A DNA stretch of 63,074 nt, filler included, from Intoshia linei (Eukaryota; Animalia; Orthonectida): the NCBI GenBank assembly GCA_001642005.1. It is 5 parts of 5 records of this genome, joined end to end, with 100 filler letters (N's around TTAATTAATTAA, not from the genome) between each part and the next. Parts side by side here need not be neighbours in the genome. Positions count along the whole stretch, not along the records: positions 12,120 to 19,192 come from LWCA01001687.1; positions 19,293 to 48,617 come from LWCA01000390.1; 3 more parts are not named here. The stretch is one strand, 5' to 3'. Within the stretch, counting starts at the first letter, position 1, and each line of letters opens with the position of its first letter. The translations under genes were made by a program, and so were the position numbers. Below are positions 13,861 through 27,800 of the stretch, piece after piece. The notes beneath the pieces were generated by a model. It worked only from the letters and a program-made list of their open reading frames with translations, was not told where the DNA came from and searched no databases.

Positions 13861-14316
13861 AAATATCCCATAAATTCTTTAAAAAACCTATGATTACGGT
13901 AAATTATGCTCTTTTTTTTTTAAAGATAATTTCATAATTGAAATTTTTTATAGTTTTATTAGATTCCCATTTTTAATTATGTGTTTAAAAAATATTAGTT
14001 ACCCAAAATAGTTCACTTAATGATTTAAAATATGCAATAATTTTTTGTATAAAATAATATTAATATAATATTATTATGGTAACTAGGAGACAAATTTTTA
14101 TTTATTTTTCAGAATATACATTTTGCAATTCGGTCTATCATTTAAAAATAAAACCTAACAGAAATTTTTATAAAACTGTAAAAATGTTGTCCTGTGTAAT
14201 ATGTGCTTCGGATACTTTCACTAATTAAGATTCAATATTCTTATGAAAATATAAAAATTGATATGTATAATAATTTGACAGCTTTAGGTGAGACTATATT
14301 AAATATTTTATTTTAG

Positions 14317-16911
14317 AATCATAAACTGAGTCTTATATTGCGAGACATTCGAATATTTAGAATATTTGAAGGTACAAATGATGTCTTGCGATTATTTGTA
14401 TCTCTTAAAGGAATTCAGGTAGCTTTTACTTAGTATACATTGTATACACATTATAAAACGTGATAATTATGAATTAACCAGGTTTTGACTTAAACAGGTT
14501 GTATTGTATATAATAAAAACATTTAAGTGTTACCTAAATGACGTATTCAAGATAAAAGCTATTTTTTTAAAAGAAAAAAGTGGTCTACATACATTTTTTT
14601 GTTGACAAGTCGTGCATGGTTGAAAAAGTTTGGGAACCACTGGTTTATACAGTCAATTCCGATTTTTTTTAAAATTATATGAAGAATATTTACATTTTTA
14701 CTTATAATTTTATTAATAATCAAAAAATTTGAAAATATTGGTTGTTAAAAGTTAATATATTTAAAGTTATTTTTCACCGGAAATGCGTAGTTTTCTGGGG
14801 TTTACCTTATGTATATATATCAACTGGAATAAGCTGTATTAAAATAATTTTTATTTTTTTGATTAAAATAGTTACCCAATAAAAAAATTACTACAAAAGT
14901 GTTTTTTTGACTGCGAAAGCGCCACTTTGTCAGAGTGAAATTTTTTCTGTGTCTTCACTGAAGATGAAAATATTAGCTGTAATTTTTTCTAAATTCTAAG
15001 ATTATTTTCATTATTTTATTTTAAAGAAAAAGTAATCGGGAAATAAAATTTTCGTTCTACATAACTTTTGAAAAATTATTTTCGAAATAGGGTTTTTTGA
15101 AATTTTATTACGGTTAATATTTTAAAACACACATACATTTAATTTTATATTTGTATATGATGTATTGCCAAATTCACATTTTAAAGTTTTCATAATGCAT
15201 TAATTTTTAGAGTGTATCAAAAAGATTAAATTCAATAACGGATATTTTTTCCAATTTTCAAGAAATTTTATTTTCTGAACTAAGCATACGTTATAAGTAA
15301 GTGTACTATCAAGATGAATTATAATTCATTTTTATAATTATACATATTAATATACAATAATACTATGTACAAACAGGACCTATTTCTACCGAGGGCACAT
15401 TTTTATTATACTTAAAAAATAAATAAAATTGATATACGAATAAAATTAGTTAAATATGTGGAATTTAAAGTAAATTAAAGTTTATCGAGAAATAGGTTTT
15501 AATTCAAAAGTTGAAAATATTTTACATTTAAACATGATTGAGTTACTAGTGTGTCAAAAAATGGTAAATTTTTATTTATATTAATTTTTAATAGAAGAAT
15601 TCCAAACTTTGAAAAATTTAAAATTCGAAACAGTACAATGAAAAATGAACAATGTAAATTATATCTTAATTTGGTAATATTTATTATTTATTGTTATTAT
15701 TTAATTAATTGAAATGTTTAATTTAGATTGAAGATTATGTTGCAAAATTTGCTTCAATCGTAGAGAAGAAAGTAATTAAATATAAGAAAAATATTATAGG
15801 TATTTTATTATCTTGATTTAATTATTTTTAAAATGTTTTCTTATTATAATAATTATAATACTAACTAGCCTGTTATATGTACATTTATGTATGTAAGTCA
15901 TGCCAACAGTAACTAGCTCTTCCAAGGGTGGACTTTTTAAATTGTATTAAAAAATAAATGTAATAATACAATGTTACATAAAAATATACTATACACTATT
16001 ACATAATATTTTAAGGGGTTGGTTCCAAAACTTGTTTAAGCACGGACCAACCATTTCCCATTACATTTTAAGTTAATTATTGCCAACATTTGTGTAAAGC
16101 ATTTTAAATACCTACAGTACTTGCTTTTATTATGATATGATTGACCATATTCAGTATCCGCTTTTAATAAATAAAAAATTTTTTTTATCAACAATAATTA
16201 TTATTATATTTTAATTTAAATTTTTTTTATATTTTATTATTACGATACGTTATATATATTACGATAATTTAAAAACATATGTAGGACACAAATTTTAGAT
16301 TGATTATTTAAATTTTCATACACACGTGTTGAAAAATCCTGTTCCAGGGTTTAGTTATATTTAGATATTTCAATATATATACTGTATGTGAATATTTCGT
16401 CAAGGTTGATAATCAGTAAAGTGACAGATAAGGTCTAGAATGGCCAGTTTATTTTAGTATAGGGTGACAATTTTGAATGTTTCGATGTGAGGATGACACT
16501 AATATTAATTCATTTGTAGATAATCAAATTTTGTTGAACTCTATATGTGATATTTCAATGTATTTGTATACCATGATAATTATAACAACCCGATTGGATA
16601 AATCTATCGAATTGTCTTTGAGAAATAACAATTATGAAAATGATATTGTTAATTTTTGGATCAATCACGTAATTTTTATATGAAATTATTGTACCCAAAT
16701 ATATTATAAATTGTAATGCAATATAATATATACATGTATTATAATATATATTATAATGATTTATATAATTATATAAATATAGGGGATTAAAGAAATTGAT
16801 AAAAATTTTTTAATTATTGAAAATTATGAAACCAAAATTGCATTTACCAATAAAACATATTCTGATAATATCAAAAGCATTGTAACTTTTAATAAATCAT
16901 TTTACGGTTAA
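14317..16911 (+). CDS. ACAD9: Acyl-CoA dehydrogenase, ACAD9/ACADVL family (3' exons only)
   Basis: Exon 14317-14418 reads [27 protein letters not shown] with the catalytic Glu kept. Later exons: ~15595-15672, 15727-15799 ([17 protein letters not shown]), 16520-16668 (NQILL...[12 protein letters not shown], closer to ACAD9) and 16783-16911 with the stop. The 5' exons are not visible. Confidence 0.8.
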
Positions 16912-16920
16912 ATGATTTCA

Positions 16921-17210
16921 TCTTTACTTATATAATATGCTATGCAATATTTGTTTGTGTGTGTTACCGTTTATTTCAATAACTATCACTCTTAGTATTT
17001 TATAAAGTGCACATTTATTACAGTTTTTATCCGGGTGTTAGCAAAATAAATTTCAACTTTCCAAACTCAGATTTTACGAGTCAAAAAGGCCAATTGTTTT
17101 TTTTGAAAGTCAAACGAGTTCGAGAACTTGAAAAAATATTTACTCTGATACGGATTTTATTAAATAACAATAATTTCATAAAATCATAAACATTATCATA
17201 AATTTAAATT
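16921..17210 (+). mobile_element. Helitron copy (5' part), starting 10 bp after the ACAD9 stop codon
   Basis: A|TC start, a TTTGTTTGTGTGTG tract, and body similarity to the other copies. Confidence 0.65.
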
Positions 17211-18957
17211 AATGACAGTGATAGTTTATCTTCTGATGTAGCGCATGAAATACACATTTTACCCAGAAANNNNNNTTAAAGTCAAACGAGTTCGAAAACT
17301 TAAAAAAATATTTACTCTGATACGGATTTTATAAAATAATAATAATTTCATAAAATTATAAACATTATCATAAATTTAAATTGATGACAGTGATAGTTTA
17401 TCTTCTGATGTAGCGCATGAAATACACATTTTACCCAGAAATAATAATATCAATTCTATTTATATATTCGTTGAAGATAATGGCTATTTAATTTTCGGTA
17501 TCTGGTAACAAAAAATACAATTAGTAGATCTGTAAAATACAATATACAAAAAATACAATCTGTAGAAATAAATCGAAATTTAAAAAATTTTACTATTCAT
17601 TGTAATTTGACGATACTAAATTACATTTTAATTACAATTATATCTAAGATGTTAATAAAATTGCATTTGATTTTAAATTTTTTATATCATTTTTACTCGT
17701 GAAATAATGATCAGAGCCAAACCTACCAAGCTCAAGGCCACATAAAAATCCAAAATAGGCTCCGATATTTTGCAAACGATGCGTAATGTTAGCAATTTTA
17801 CTCATTTTTCAAGTTACAAATGCAAATATACAAAAATTTATCGTTTTCACTTAAAAAGGTTGTACTGTATATAAAATTTATAAATAATATTATATGGTTC
17901 AATATAAAAGTATTTGTATTTGAGGAGATATTATAATAATAAATAATTTAGCTTCGCTGTTGCAACATAAGCCTTTTTTTCCATGTATCTAAATGTGAAA
18001 ATATTAATATTAATTAAATTGTATATNTACTCTGATACGGATTTTATAAAATAATAATAATTTCATAAAATTATAAACATTATCATAAATTTAAATTGAT
18101 GACAGTGATAGTTTATCTTCTGATGTAGCGCATGAAATACACATTTTACTCAAAAATAATAATATCAATTCTATTTATATATTCATTGAAGATAATGGCT
18201 ATTTAATTTTCGGTATCTGGTAACAATGAATACAATTAGTAGATCTGTAAAATACAATATACAAAAAATACAATCTGTAAAAAAAAATCGAAATTTAAAA
18301 AATTTTACTATTCATTGTAATTTGACGATACTAAATTACATTTTAATTACAATTATATCTAAGATGTTAATAAAATTGCATTTGATTTTAAATTTTTTAT
18401 ATCATTTTTACTCGTGAAATAATGATCAGAGCCAAACCTACCAAGCTCAAGGCCACATAAAANAAAATACAATATACAAAAAATACAATCTGTAGAAATA
18501 AATCGAAATTTAAAAAATTTTACTATTCATTGTAATTTGACGATACTAAATTACATTTTAATTACAATTATATCTAAGATGTTAATAAAATTGCATTTGA
18601 TTTTAAATTTTTTATATCATTTTTACTCGTGAAATAATGATCAGAGCCAAACCTACCAAGCTCAAGGCCACATAAAAATTCAAAATAGGCTCCGATATTA
18701 TGCAAACGATGCGTAGTGTTAGCAATTTTACTCATTTTTCAAGTTACAAATGCAAATATACAAAAATTTATCGTTTTCACTTAAAAAGGTTGTACTGTAT
18801 ATAAAATTTATAAATAATATTATATGGTTCAATATAAAAGTATTTGTATTTGAGGAGATATTATAATAATAAATAATTTAGCTTCGCTGTTGCAACATAA
18901 GCCTTTTTTTCCATGTATCTAAATGTGAAAATATTAATATTAATTAAATTGTATATC
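17076..18957. repeat. Near-identical overlapping tandem duplications separated by single n or short N joins; probable assembly artefact (likewise ~13003-13392)
   Basis: Blocks 17277-18026, 18028-18462 and 18464-18957 repeat the same sequence with few SNPs, and the junctions coincide with n characters. Confidence 0.75.
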
Positions 18958-19292
18958 TAAATATTAATAACATTGTGTTAAATAAGCGTATAAGCGATTT
19001 ACAAAAATTTCAAAGTTCGTGTTGTCTTTGTCTTCAATAAGTGATTTGAATAAATCTTACAAGACCTAATTGTAATTTTCGCGGTATCGTGATTATATAA
19101 TACTAGCTTGACTGTTACGACTACGTACAAACAGTACATAGCTCTGCCGAGGGCACATTTTTATTATACCAAAAAAATAAATTCACGTTGAANNNNNNNN
19201 NNNNNNNNNNNNNNNNNNNNNNNNNNNNNNNNNNNNTTAATTAATTAANNNNNNNNNNNNNNNNNNNNNNNNNNNNNNNNNNNNNNNNNNNN

Positions 19293-22200
19293 TTATTTAC
19301 CTATGCCGTTATTAACCCTGACATTGCATATAAACAGGTATTTTTTTATTTTATAATCTAAAATCGTATTAAAAGTGTATTATGTATCCAAAGTCGTTGT
19401 AAATTTTCAGAATGAGAATGAACTATCGTATCATTAATTGATATGAAATTTAAGGTCTATTTTAAAAGCAAATATTTTAATTTTGTGTACATTGGTCCGA
19501 GTAACGACGCAGTTTTAATTTTTTTATTAGAAATGTGTGGTAATGTAAATGTTATTATAGGATTAACCTAGTGGTTCTCGATTGGGGTGCCTAGACCCCT
19601 TAGTGGTCAAAAACCATATGTCGAGGGTCCGTGAGATTCAAATAAAATATGAAAAAATTTCATCAACTTTCTTATTAATATTAATAATTTTTATTTCAGA
19701 ATGGCCAGATCTTTGGAATTTACCCCAAAACTTATACGGCCGCTAAATTACTATTTCAAAAACCAAACTTTTAGTCCACCATTAATAAAATTTACAGTGC
19801 CATAAGTGTTAATAAAAAATATCATTTCAAACACCCAGGGAAAAATCGATTTTTATCGATATTTTTTTGAAAAACAATTTTACCAAATCTTATGAGAAAA
19901 AACCTTTCATTTTTTCATTAATGTTTTATATTTCATGTTTCTTTTGGGGTCCAAAAAATAAATATTTTGAAATGGAAATACGTACACTATTTGAATCGGG
20001 AACCACTGGATTAACCGAATAAGGTTTATTTTCTCATGTATGCTGATGTATGTGTGCAATATGTATTCTTATTTATATTTTTAAATATCAATTGACAATA
20101 TTTATTGTAGGGCATGCATGAACTATTGGCCCCGTTGATATTTGTTTTATACACCGATCATCAAGCATTTTTATCATATTCTGAAAATAATGAAATTATG
20201 TAATATATTATTATTATTAATTATATTTTATATATTTAATATTGTCTAAATTTTAGATATGACCTTTTAATATTGTTAATGGACCCTAACCATATGGAAG
20301 CAGACGCATTGTATTTCTAATTTTATGAATAAAACTAATATAAATTAATTTTACCTTTTCTTTTTTATGAGAATAATGTTTATTTAAATATAATACTGTA
20401 TTCTAAATTAGCACTTTATTTTGCCGTTTAATCGATGTTGTGGAACCGTGGTACAATGATAGGGATAGTCGATGTTTTCAAGTACGATTAAAAATAATTA
20501 ATATTTTTATAAATTAGATGCCATCTAAAAATAAAATTAACAACAAAGAAACACATATAACACACACATTAAATTATATTACGGATCATCTTTTGAATAA
20601 AATTGATGCAGATTTACGAAATTATTTAGTTTTTATGGATATTCCCAGTCATGTGTATGGAATGTAAGCATTTTGATATAAGTGTGATTCAATCTTTTTA
20701 GACGTTGGTTAAGACTTTTATTTGGAAGAGAATTTGTTATTGATGAATTGTTGTTTCTTTGGGATGCCATATTCGCCAATGCAAATCAGTTTAATTTGGT
20801 CAATTACATTTTTATCACTTTACTGTTGTACATTAAGAATGCGTGTAATTTTTAATTACTATGGAAATGATGGAAATTTTTATGTCTTTATTTTAGTGTA
20901 TGCATCGGATTATTCACAATGTATGGGTTATTTAATGCGATATCCTGGATCAAAAGACGTTCAATATATAATTAACTATGCCTTGTATTTGCAAGATAAT
21001 GTTTATTTTTCGGAATCTTTTATTACATGTCATTAGAAATTTCCTAAACCTAATATTCAATTTTATGATCAAGATCTCAAAATTGCCGCCTTTGAACCCG
21101 GTATATTATTATCTTTATTTTTTATTCGAAACGATGAAAGTGTTTTAATAAAAATTTTAAATTAGAATCAAGCTTTACAAAATTTGCTAATTATGCACAA
21201 CACTTGAAAAAAAAAATTACTCAAAAATCACACGTTCAAAAGTCACTCATTAAATCTGTTTCAAGAGAGAGTATCAAATTTGATAACCTCAGCAAAAGGG
21301 GTAATTTTATTTTTCATGGTAATAATAATGACTGTAATTTGACCATTCTTCTGGTTGTATTGATTTTTATTTAGTATTTTATATTTTCAATTTTTTATCC
21401 CATTTTTTAATATTGTTGACAGTTTTTCAACGTGGTGACGAGAAATTTTTATGGTTGAAAATTTACAAAATCTATCATAAAAATAATTTAATATATAATT
21501 TATATTTTAAATTTTTTTTGAATGCTGAAATATGATCATTTATAGCAGCCATTCTCAACCCTTTTTCGCTATGAACCCTAAGATGATATTACAAAAACCT
21601 GTGGACCCAAAAAAATTGTAATAATGACAATTTTTAATGAATCATTACATTTGGATGAAACGAATGATGGTCAAAAGACATGAAGTACTCTATTTTTGCG
21701 AGATGATAAATTTGATGAACCATTAATATTAACCTTTAACTCGTCAATGTTCCCAAAATGGAACATGTTTTTAGGTATTGTTTACAGTACATTATTAATT
21801 GTTTACTACATATTTTATCAGATTAATAAAAAGTTTATATTATCTATTTTCCCTGTGAAAAATTAATATTTTTTATCTCTTGGTTGATGTTTTATAAAAT
21901 CATGAATATTGACAGATTTTTTGTCCCATTTTCAATTTGAAATTTAAAACTTTTTTTTATGACTAGAAACTTGGCTCGGTCATAAATTTTAATAAAATAA
22001 TTAAATAAAAATGCTGCTCCTAAAATAGAACAATGGAGGTTTCCCAATAAGTTTTTTCACTTTTAAGTAATTTAATTTAATACCAAAGAATTTACTTTAA
22101 CTTGATTTGCACGTTTTATATTAGTATTTCTGAACCTTTATGTTTTAAGAACGAGTTTATGTTACTGAAAATGTATATAATTTTCATGGACCATAAAAAA

Positions 22201-24562
22201 GTGCTGTGGATCCCAAGGGGTCCACATGGACCCCGTTGAGAATGGCTGATTTATAGCTATAATCTTATGTGGTATTGGCTGTTACACATCACTGAATATT
22301 GTTCAGTCTTATTTAATTTTTTTTGTTTGGTTGAAATTATTTTCTTAATTCATATTTATTTTAGAAATTACTGATTTATACATCACAAAAGTAAGTTTTT
22401 GTTTATATATTTATAGACATGTTCAATTGAAAACGTCACTTTTTCAAATTGTATGCTTCATTTTACAATTGGGGGTTTTATTATTATATTAATTTGGAGT
22501 TGATGGTCTCTTGACTAACTGAATTTATAGGAATTTTATCATTTCAACAGGTGTTTTTATGGTAACGTTTGAACCATATTGAGGATAATTTGAGTTAGTT
22601 TGATTATCGTGATTGCAAAGAGATGTTTTAAGGTTATATATAATTTTTTGGCTATTTTTTAAACCATAAATATTTTTCGTTTAATTGTTGAGTTCATCTG
22701 GCCCACAATTAAAATTAAACTTTAAAATTAAGATTTAAATTAAAAGTTTGGTGGCAATGTCATAAACTATGAAAGAGTTTTTGGAAAAATTTCCCAAAAA
22801 ATCATTTTATAATTCTGTGAAAAACCTTTTAAATATTATTTAAAATTTAATTTAAAGTTTAAATATTCGTAAACTGAGTTTGGTAAGTGACGTGATCAAT
22901 TCAACATATTTATAAATATATCGTTTAAAGTGTAATATAATCGATAATCTTAACATGGAATTACAAGAAATGGAACTCACGCTTAGTGTTATTTCAACAA
23001 AACTTTCAATTATTGCTGGTAAATTTTATTTTAAATTTATTCTCATATTTAAAGTTATGTATTGAACTTACTATTTGATAGTAAGTATCATAATTTTTCA
23101 ATATCAACGATTAAAACTGTTAATTTGTTAAACACGAGCCCGGGAAGAAGTGGCTGGGAGTTTTAATTGTTTTCAAATCAAATTTCTTTTGATGCTAATC
23201 TTGAGGGTGGTAGGTCGGTTCTGACTTCACTAGTGATCAGCATTTAAATTTAATTTAAATATACATCGTACTTTGTATTATTCTATGCATTGCTATATAC
23301 CAGCGCTTCTTAACCTTTTTCACGCGCGACCCCATTTTAATGATGTAAAAATGTCGGGACCCCGCGACCCCGCGGTTAAGAAACCCTGTTGTATACTATT
23401 ATATATTTGTTTTTAGACAACGTTATAAATGATAATTTTAATGAATCGTTAAATAACAATATAGGAACACCTCTTGAATTAATTATAAAGGTATATTTAT
23501 TATTTATATCAATGGTTCTTGACTTTATGTTTTTTACCTTTCAATCTCACCAAACTGAATTTCAATTTCTATAAATGTTTTTATCAAGTTCATTTCACAA
23601 ATATTACCATTACATTATTGAAAGATATTTTTTTACACGTGAAAAAGACTAAATCTTAGCTTTTTTATTTAATTTTTTTAAGTTTTAAATACATATCAGC
23701 TGTGAGAAGAATGTGGAGTTAACTTTAACCATTTAATTAGATATATTTCATTTCTAGTCTAGAATATGGTCTATTGGGACATACCCATATAAATTATTGG
23801 CTTCTACATTTTAATTTACTATGAGAATTTTGTATACTGCATTAGTCTGATGGGATTTTAATTGTTGATGAATTATAAATTTAAAAATTTTACATTTAAT
23901 TGTATATATAAAATCAAATAAAACATATTAGAAATGTTGAACTTTGAGCTTTAATTACAATCGACGTAATATATCACAATTTATAATGTAGTAGATGGAA
24001 CCACAATTATAATATAATGTAAATATACTTTACATTAATGGAATTGTATGCAAAACTTTTAACAATGTAAAATTATTTAATTAGCTTGGATTATGTCACA
24101 TACTCATTTAGATGGGATTAAACACCTTTTTGATTAATGTTTTAATGATATTATGTAGGGTAAAACTATGTAATATATAGAATTTAACTAATTCACCAAT
24201 AAGTAAAATGTATTATTATTTAATATTCCGATGTGTCCTTGTTTTATACTTTAAATTTTAGAGTCTAAAACGTAAATTTATTTAAATTATAACTTGTTAT
24301 TGAAACTAATTAGATTAAAGAAATTGCCGATAAAAAATTGACAAAAATGAAAAAAAATGAAAACAATGAAATGTTGCATAGTTCCATTTCAGAAAAAACT
24401 GTTGACGTTACAGAAAAAACGAATAATTCCATTAAAGAATCTGACATTGAATCAAAACGTGCTGACTCAATTCCTCAACCTATCAATGAATTAAATATAC
24501 ACTGCTCAGTAGATGAGAAGAGTATACCCAAACACAATATCTGCGAACATGTTGATATTTAA
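19293..24562 (+). CDS. TBC1D5: TBC1 domain family member 5 (Rab-GAP); 5' end lost in the gap
   Basis: Exons: 19293-19337 (LFTYAVINPDIAYKQ), 20111- (GMHELLAPLIFVLYTDHQAF), 20257- (MDPNHMEADAF), 20412- (VEPWY), 20518-, 20702- (RWLRLLFGREF...LWDAIF), 20898- (SDYSQCMGYLMRYP), 21037-, 21166-, 22365-, 22931-, 23417-, and a last exon 24314-24562. Confidence 0.9.
19569..20008. mobile_element. hAT MITE in a TBC1D5 intron, TSD GATTAACC
   Basis: TIRs TAGTGGTTCTC / GGGAACCACTG. The identical 8-mer lies at 19561-19568 and 20009-20016. Confidence 0.85.
21546..22248. mobile_element. hAT deletion derivative in a TBC1D5 intron, TSD ATTTATAG
   Basis: Perfect TIR CAGCCATTCTCAAC / GTTGAGAATGGCTG, a perfect 8-bp TSD, and an internal relic SLHLDETND (cf. 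Buster SLQLDESTD). Confidence 0.9.
23301..23388. mobile_element. 88-bp minimal hAT MITE
   Basis: CAGCGCTTCTTAACC...GGTTAAGAAACCCTG with GCGACCC subterminal repeats. TSD CTATATAC/TTGTATAC. Confidence 0.75.
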
Positions 24563-24886
24563 AGTTAATATTATGCGATGTATTAAATAAAATTTTTCAA
24601 TACCCTGTGCAAGTACACTCATATCGATTATGTTAAAATATTTGTTAATGAGAATTTTGTTTGAATTTGGCAAGTGTTTCAGGCGTCTAACGCAATTAGA
24701 TGGTTATAATCGATTGATATGGAATGTTAATGTAGTTTCTATTCTCAAATGAGATTGTGTGAAGTTAAATATTAAAACGGAATTAATATAAATTTATTAA
24801 TTGATTGACCCTATTACAATTATTGGTATTTTTGTCTCGTTATCATTTGTCACGAAAATTTTTATATTTTAGCCGTTTTAGTTGAT

Positions 24887-27800
24887 ATGGGAAATGATAA
24901 ATCTAAAAGAGTCAAAATTAAAAAAAAATCAAGCCAACACGCTAACGATGATGTAATTTCTATATGTTATATTTATATATTTTTTACATTTTAATTTTAA
25001 TTATATATCTAGTATGACAAGATAAACGAACAAGACATTATCGAATATAAAAAGGCTTTCAAAATGTTTGATAAAGACAATGATGGTAGTATTACTATGA
25101 CTGAACTAGCATCTGTTATGGTATCCATTGGTCAATTACTCAGTAAGGATGAATTGAAAACTATAATTAATGGATTGGATAAAAATGGTAGTTTATTCAA
25201 TTTCTTGAAAATGTTCAATTTTAGGTAATGGTATAATTGAATTTAAAGAGTTTGCCCTTATGATGTCTAAAGAAAAATATTTCAATATTGATGATTTGAA
25301 ATTAGTGTTTAATTTATTTGACAAGGACCGAGATGGTACTATTGATCAAAATGAACTCAGAGAATTGTTGACTACTTTTGATGAAAAGTTGAGTAAACAA
25401 GAGGTGGAAGATATGATTAAAGAGGTATATTTTAATTGGGATGGTCGCATTCAATAAGATTTTTTTAACAAAAATAAATAAGAATTTGTTAAAATTTCTC
25501 GATTTTTGCTAAGTCAACATATTAACACTATACGTGTGGTAACATTTTCAATTTTTTAGCATTTATATATTTTTTAACTAGTCCATATGAAGTATACACG
25601 CATAATGTTAAAATTAATACTTTGCAATATTTGTATCTGATTAGTTTAAATTTTCAGTTTAGAATATCTTATAGAAATCAGGAGAAAATTTTTTTAAATT
25701 TTGTTTATTTTTTCGATAAATTTTCTTTCACATAGCAGAAATGGCAATTATCACTGGATTTAGGTGGAGACCTGGGTATATCGAAAAATTTATTGCCATT
25801 TATCACATGTCTGTAGCAAAATGCACAGAAAGAGTCCATGATTCTTGTTGAATTTCTTCATAAAAGGATGTATATTTGATACCTAGTTTAGTCTCAATTA
25901 AATTGTAGCTTCGTTTGCTTTTGAATAAATATACACCATAAATTAAACAAAAATCATTAAAACATGAAACCTGACAAACATACGAAAAAACTAATTTTAA
26001 TCTAAAAGAACTTATTTACATAGATTTTAAATGACAACGCCATTATTACTGGTTATTTTTAATCTAGATGTCCTTCAAAAACTAGATCTAAGTGCCCTTT
26101 AAAAAATCTACCATTCTTCACCAAATTTTTAGTAGATTTTAATAATATATTTTGTTTTGCTCTTTGTTTGAGTGTTGTACAGTGTTATTGAATATTTTTG
26201 ATTTGGATGAAATTATTTGCAAATACACTTGTATAATAATATAAATAGTAAAGTGCATTTTTACTTTAAAGGCGTAACTGTGTGATGTTAAAATATTTGG
26301 TGAATAATGTTAATTGGAAATAACTTTCAAGTTTTTTTCCACTTTCAAAATAATGAGTAATTTGTGGTTTTAACAGTGAAGATGAATTTTTTAACAGTGA
26401 AAGTTATCTAAATTTCTCAGCAAGAAATTGAGTCAGACATGTGATATGTGATTTTATTTTACCAATTTCGGTAATTTATCTGACTCTCAGTTTTCTAAAT
26501 ATATGGTCACACAGATATACATTTTTTAGCAATTTGTACTTTATTATTTTTAAAATTTATAATTTAAACTAGGGCGTTTAACATTGGTTGGCCAAGCCCT
26601 TTTTAAGATGATTTTTATTGTGATTTCATTTTCCATGTTAATTTTGTAATTGATTTAAATCTAATAAAAGGGAATCAATTTAAATCCACGAAATAGCGTT
26701 TAAATTTTCCGCATTCTTCATTCCTGTGTTCCAATTAATATAACTTGGAATTCATCAAAGTTAACTATTATTCAAGTACAATTTTGATTTATGTATGTGA
26801 TAATTTAGAACTGATAAATGTGTTTATTTTTTAATTCAACCATACATTATGTATATGCAGCATATATTAATGTTTTCGTTATTGATGGGGATTTGCTTAT
26901 GAAAAGAAATATAGTCCGACCCCGCTTTGGGGAAAACTTCGGTGTGGGGCATACTCGTGTTTTGGGGCACTTTTTCAGAATTATGTTAATTTTATAGTAA
27001 CGATAGAGCAACTATTGTTAAACTGACTTCACTCTAGAATGAATATATTATGTTAATTCATTTTCTACATGAAATATGTTTGGTATTTAAGTTTCTAGTA
27101 GTACACTATTGAAGTTACTGCTAGTACTTAATATTATTATTTTGTTACCAAATCTATTTATAACTTCATTTTTATTAGTTATACACCCGATTACGCTACT
27201 TTTATATCGATGGCATAGCAATATATGTGTAATTAACTCCGCTTTTGGGCAAAAATGGGGTAAATATAAAATATATAAGTATAATTCCTATAGTGATTCC
27301 TATAGTGACATTAAATTAATTAACGTGTTGGCACTCTGATTCAAACATTAATAAATATTTACAACTAGCTTGACTTTTATGTACTTCATAGAAACAGCAT
27401 CCTAGCTCTGCCGAGGGCGGACATTATATTCTATACCAAGAAAATAATATTTTTATTTATATATTTTATTCCATTAGAAAATTTAACTTAAAAATACTAC
27501 TATTCACTATTATCAATCCTTTAAAGGGGAGTGGTTCCCAAATTTGTGCCAGGTGGAATCACCATATCACATTACTTTTTACTTTAAAGTGAATTATTTT
27601 ATCTTAATTTTTTGTTTGTTAACATTTGCGTAAAGAATTTTAAAAACAATTGTTACCTTTTTTTTTGAAATTATTTAAACAGAATTTGTGTATAATATTA
27701 AAAATAAAGTAAAAACATTTCAATTCTAAAAATTATTATAAATACCGTAAATTCCAGAAAAAATAAAATTATAAAAACTTATTTTGTCATGTTCAATGTG

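Noticed and set aside
17076-18957. Large tandem repeats and ORF 18226-18417
   Set aside because: The junctions coincide with n characters, which suggests unmerged haplotype overlaps. The ORF has no recognisable coding signal.
20722-21036. 104-aa ORF
   Set aside because: It is a chimera of an off-frame TBC1D5 exon, an intron and one real exon.
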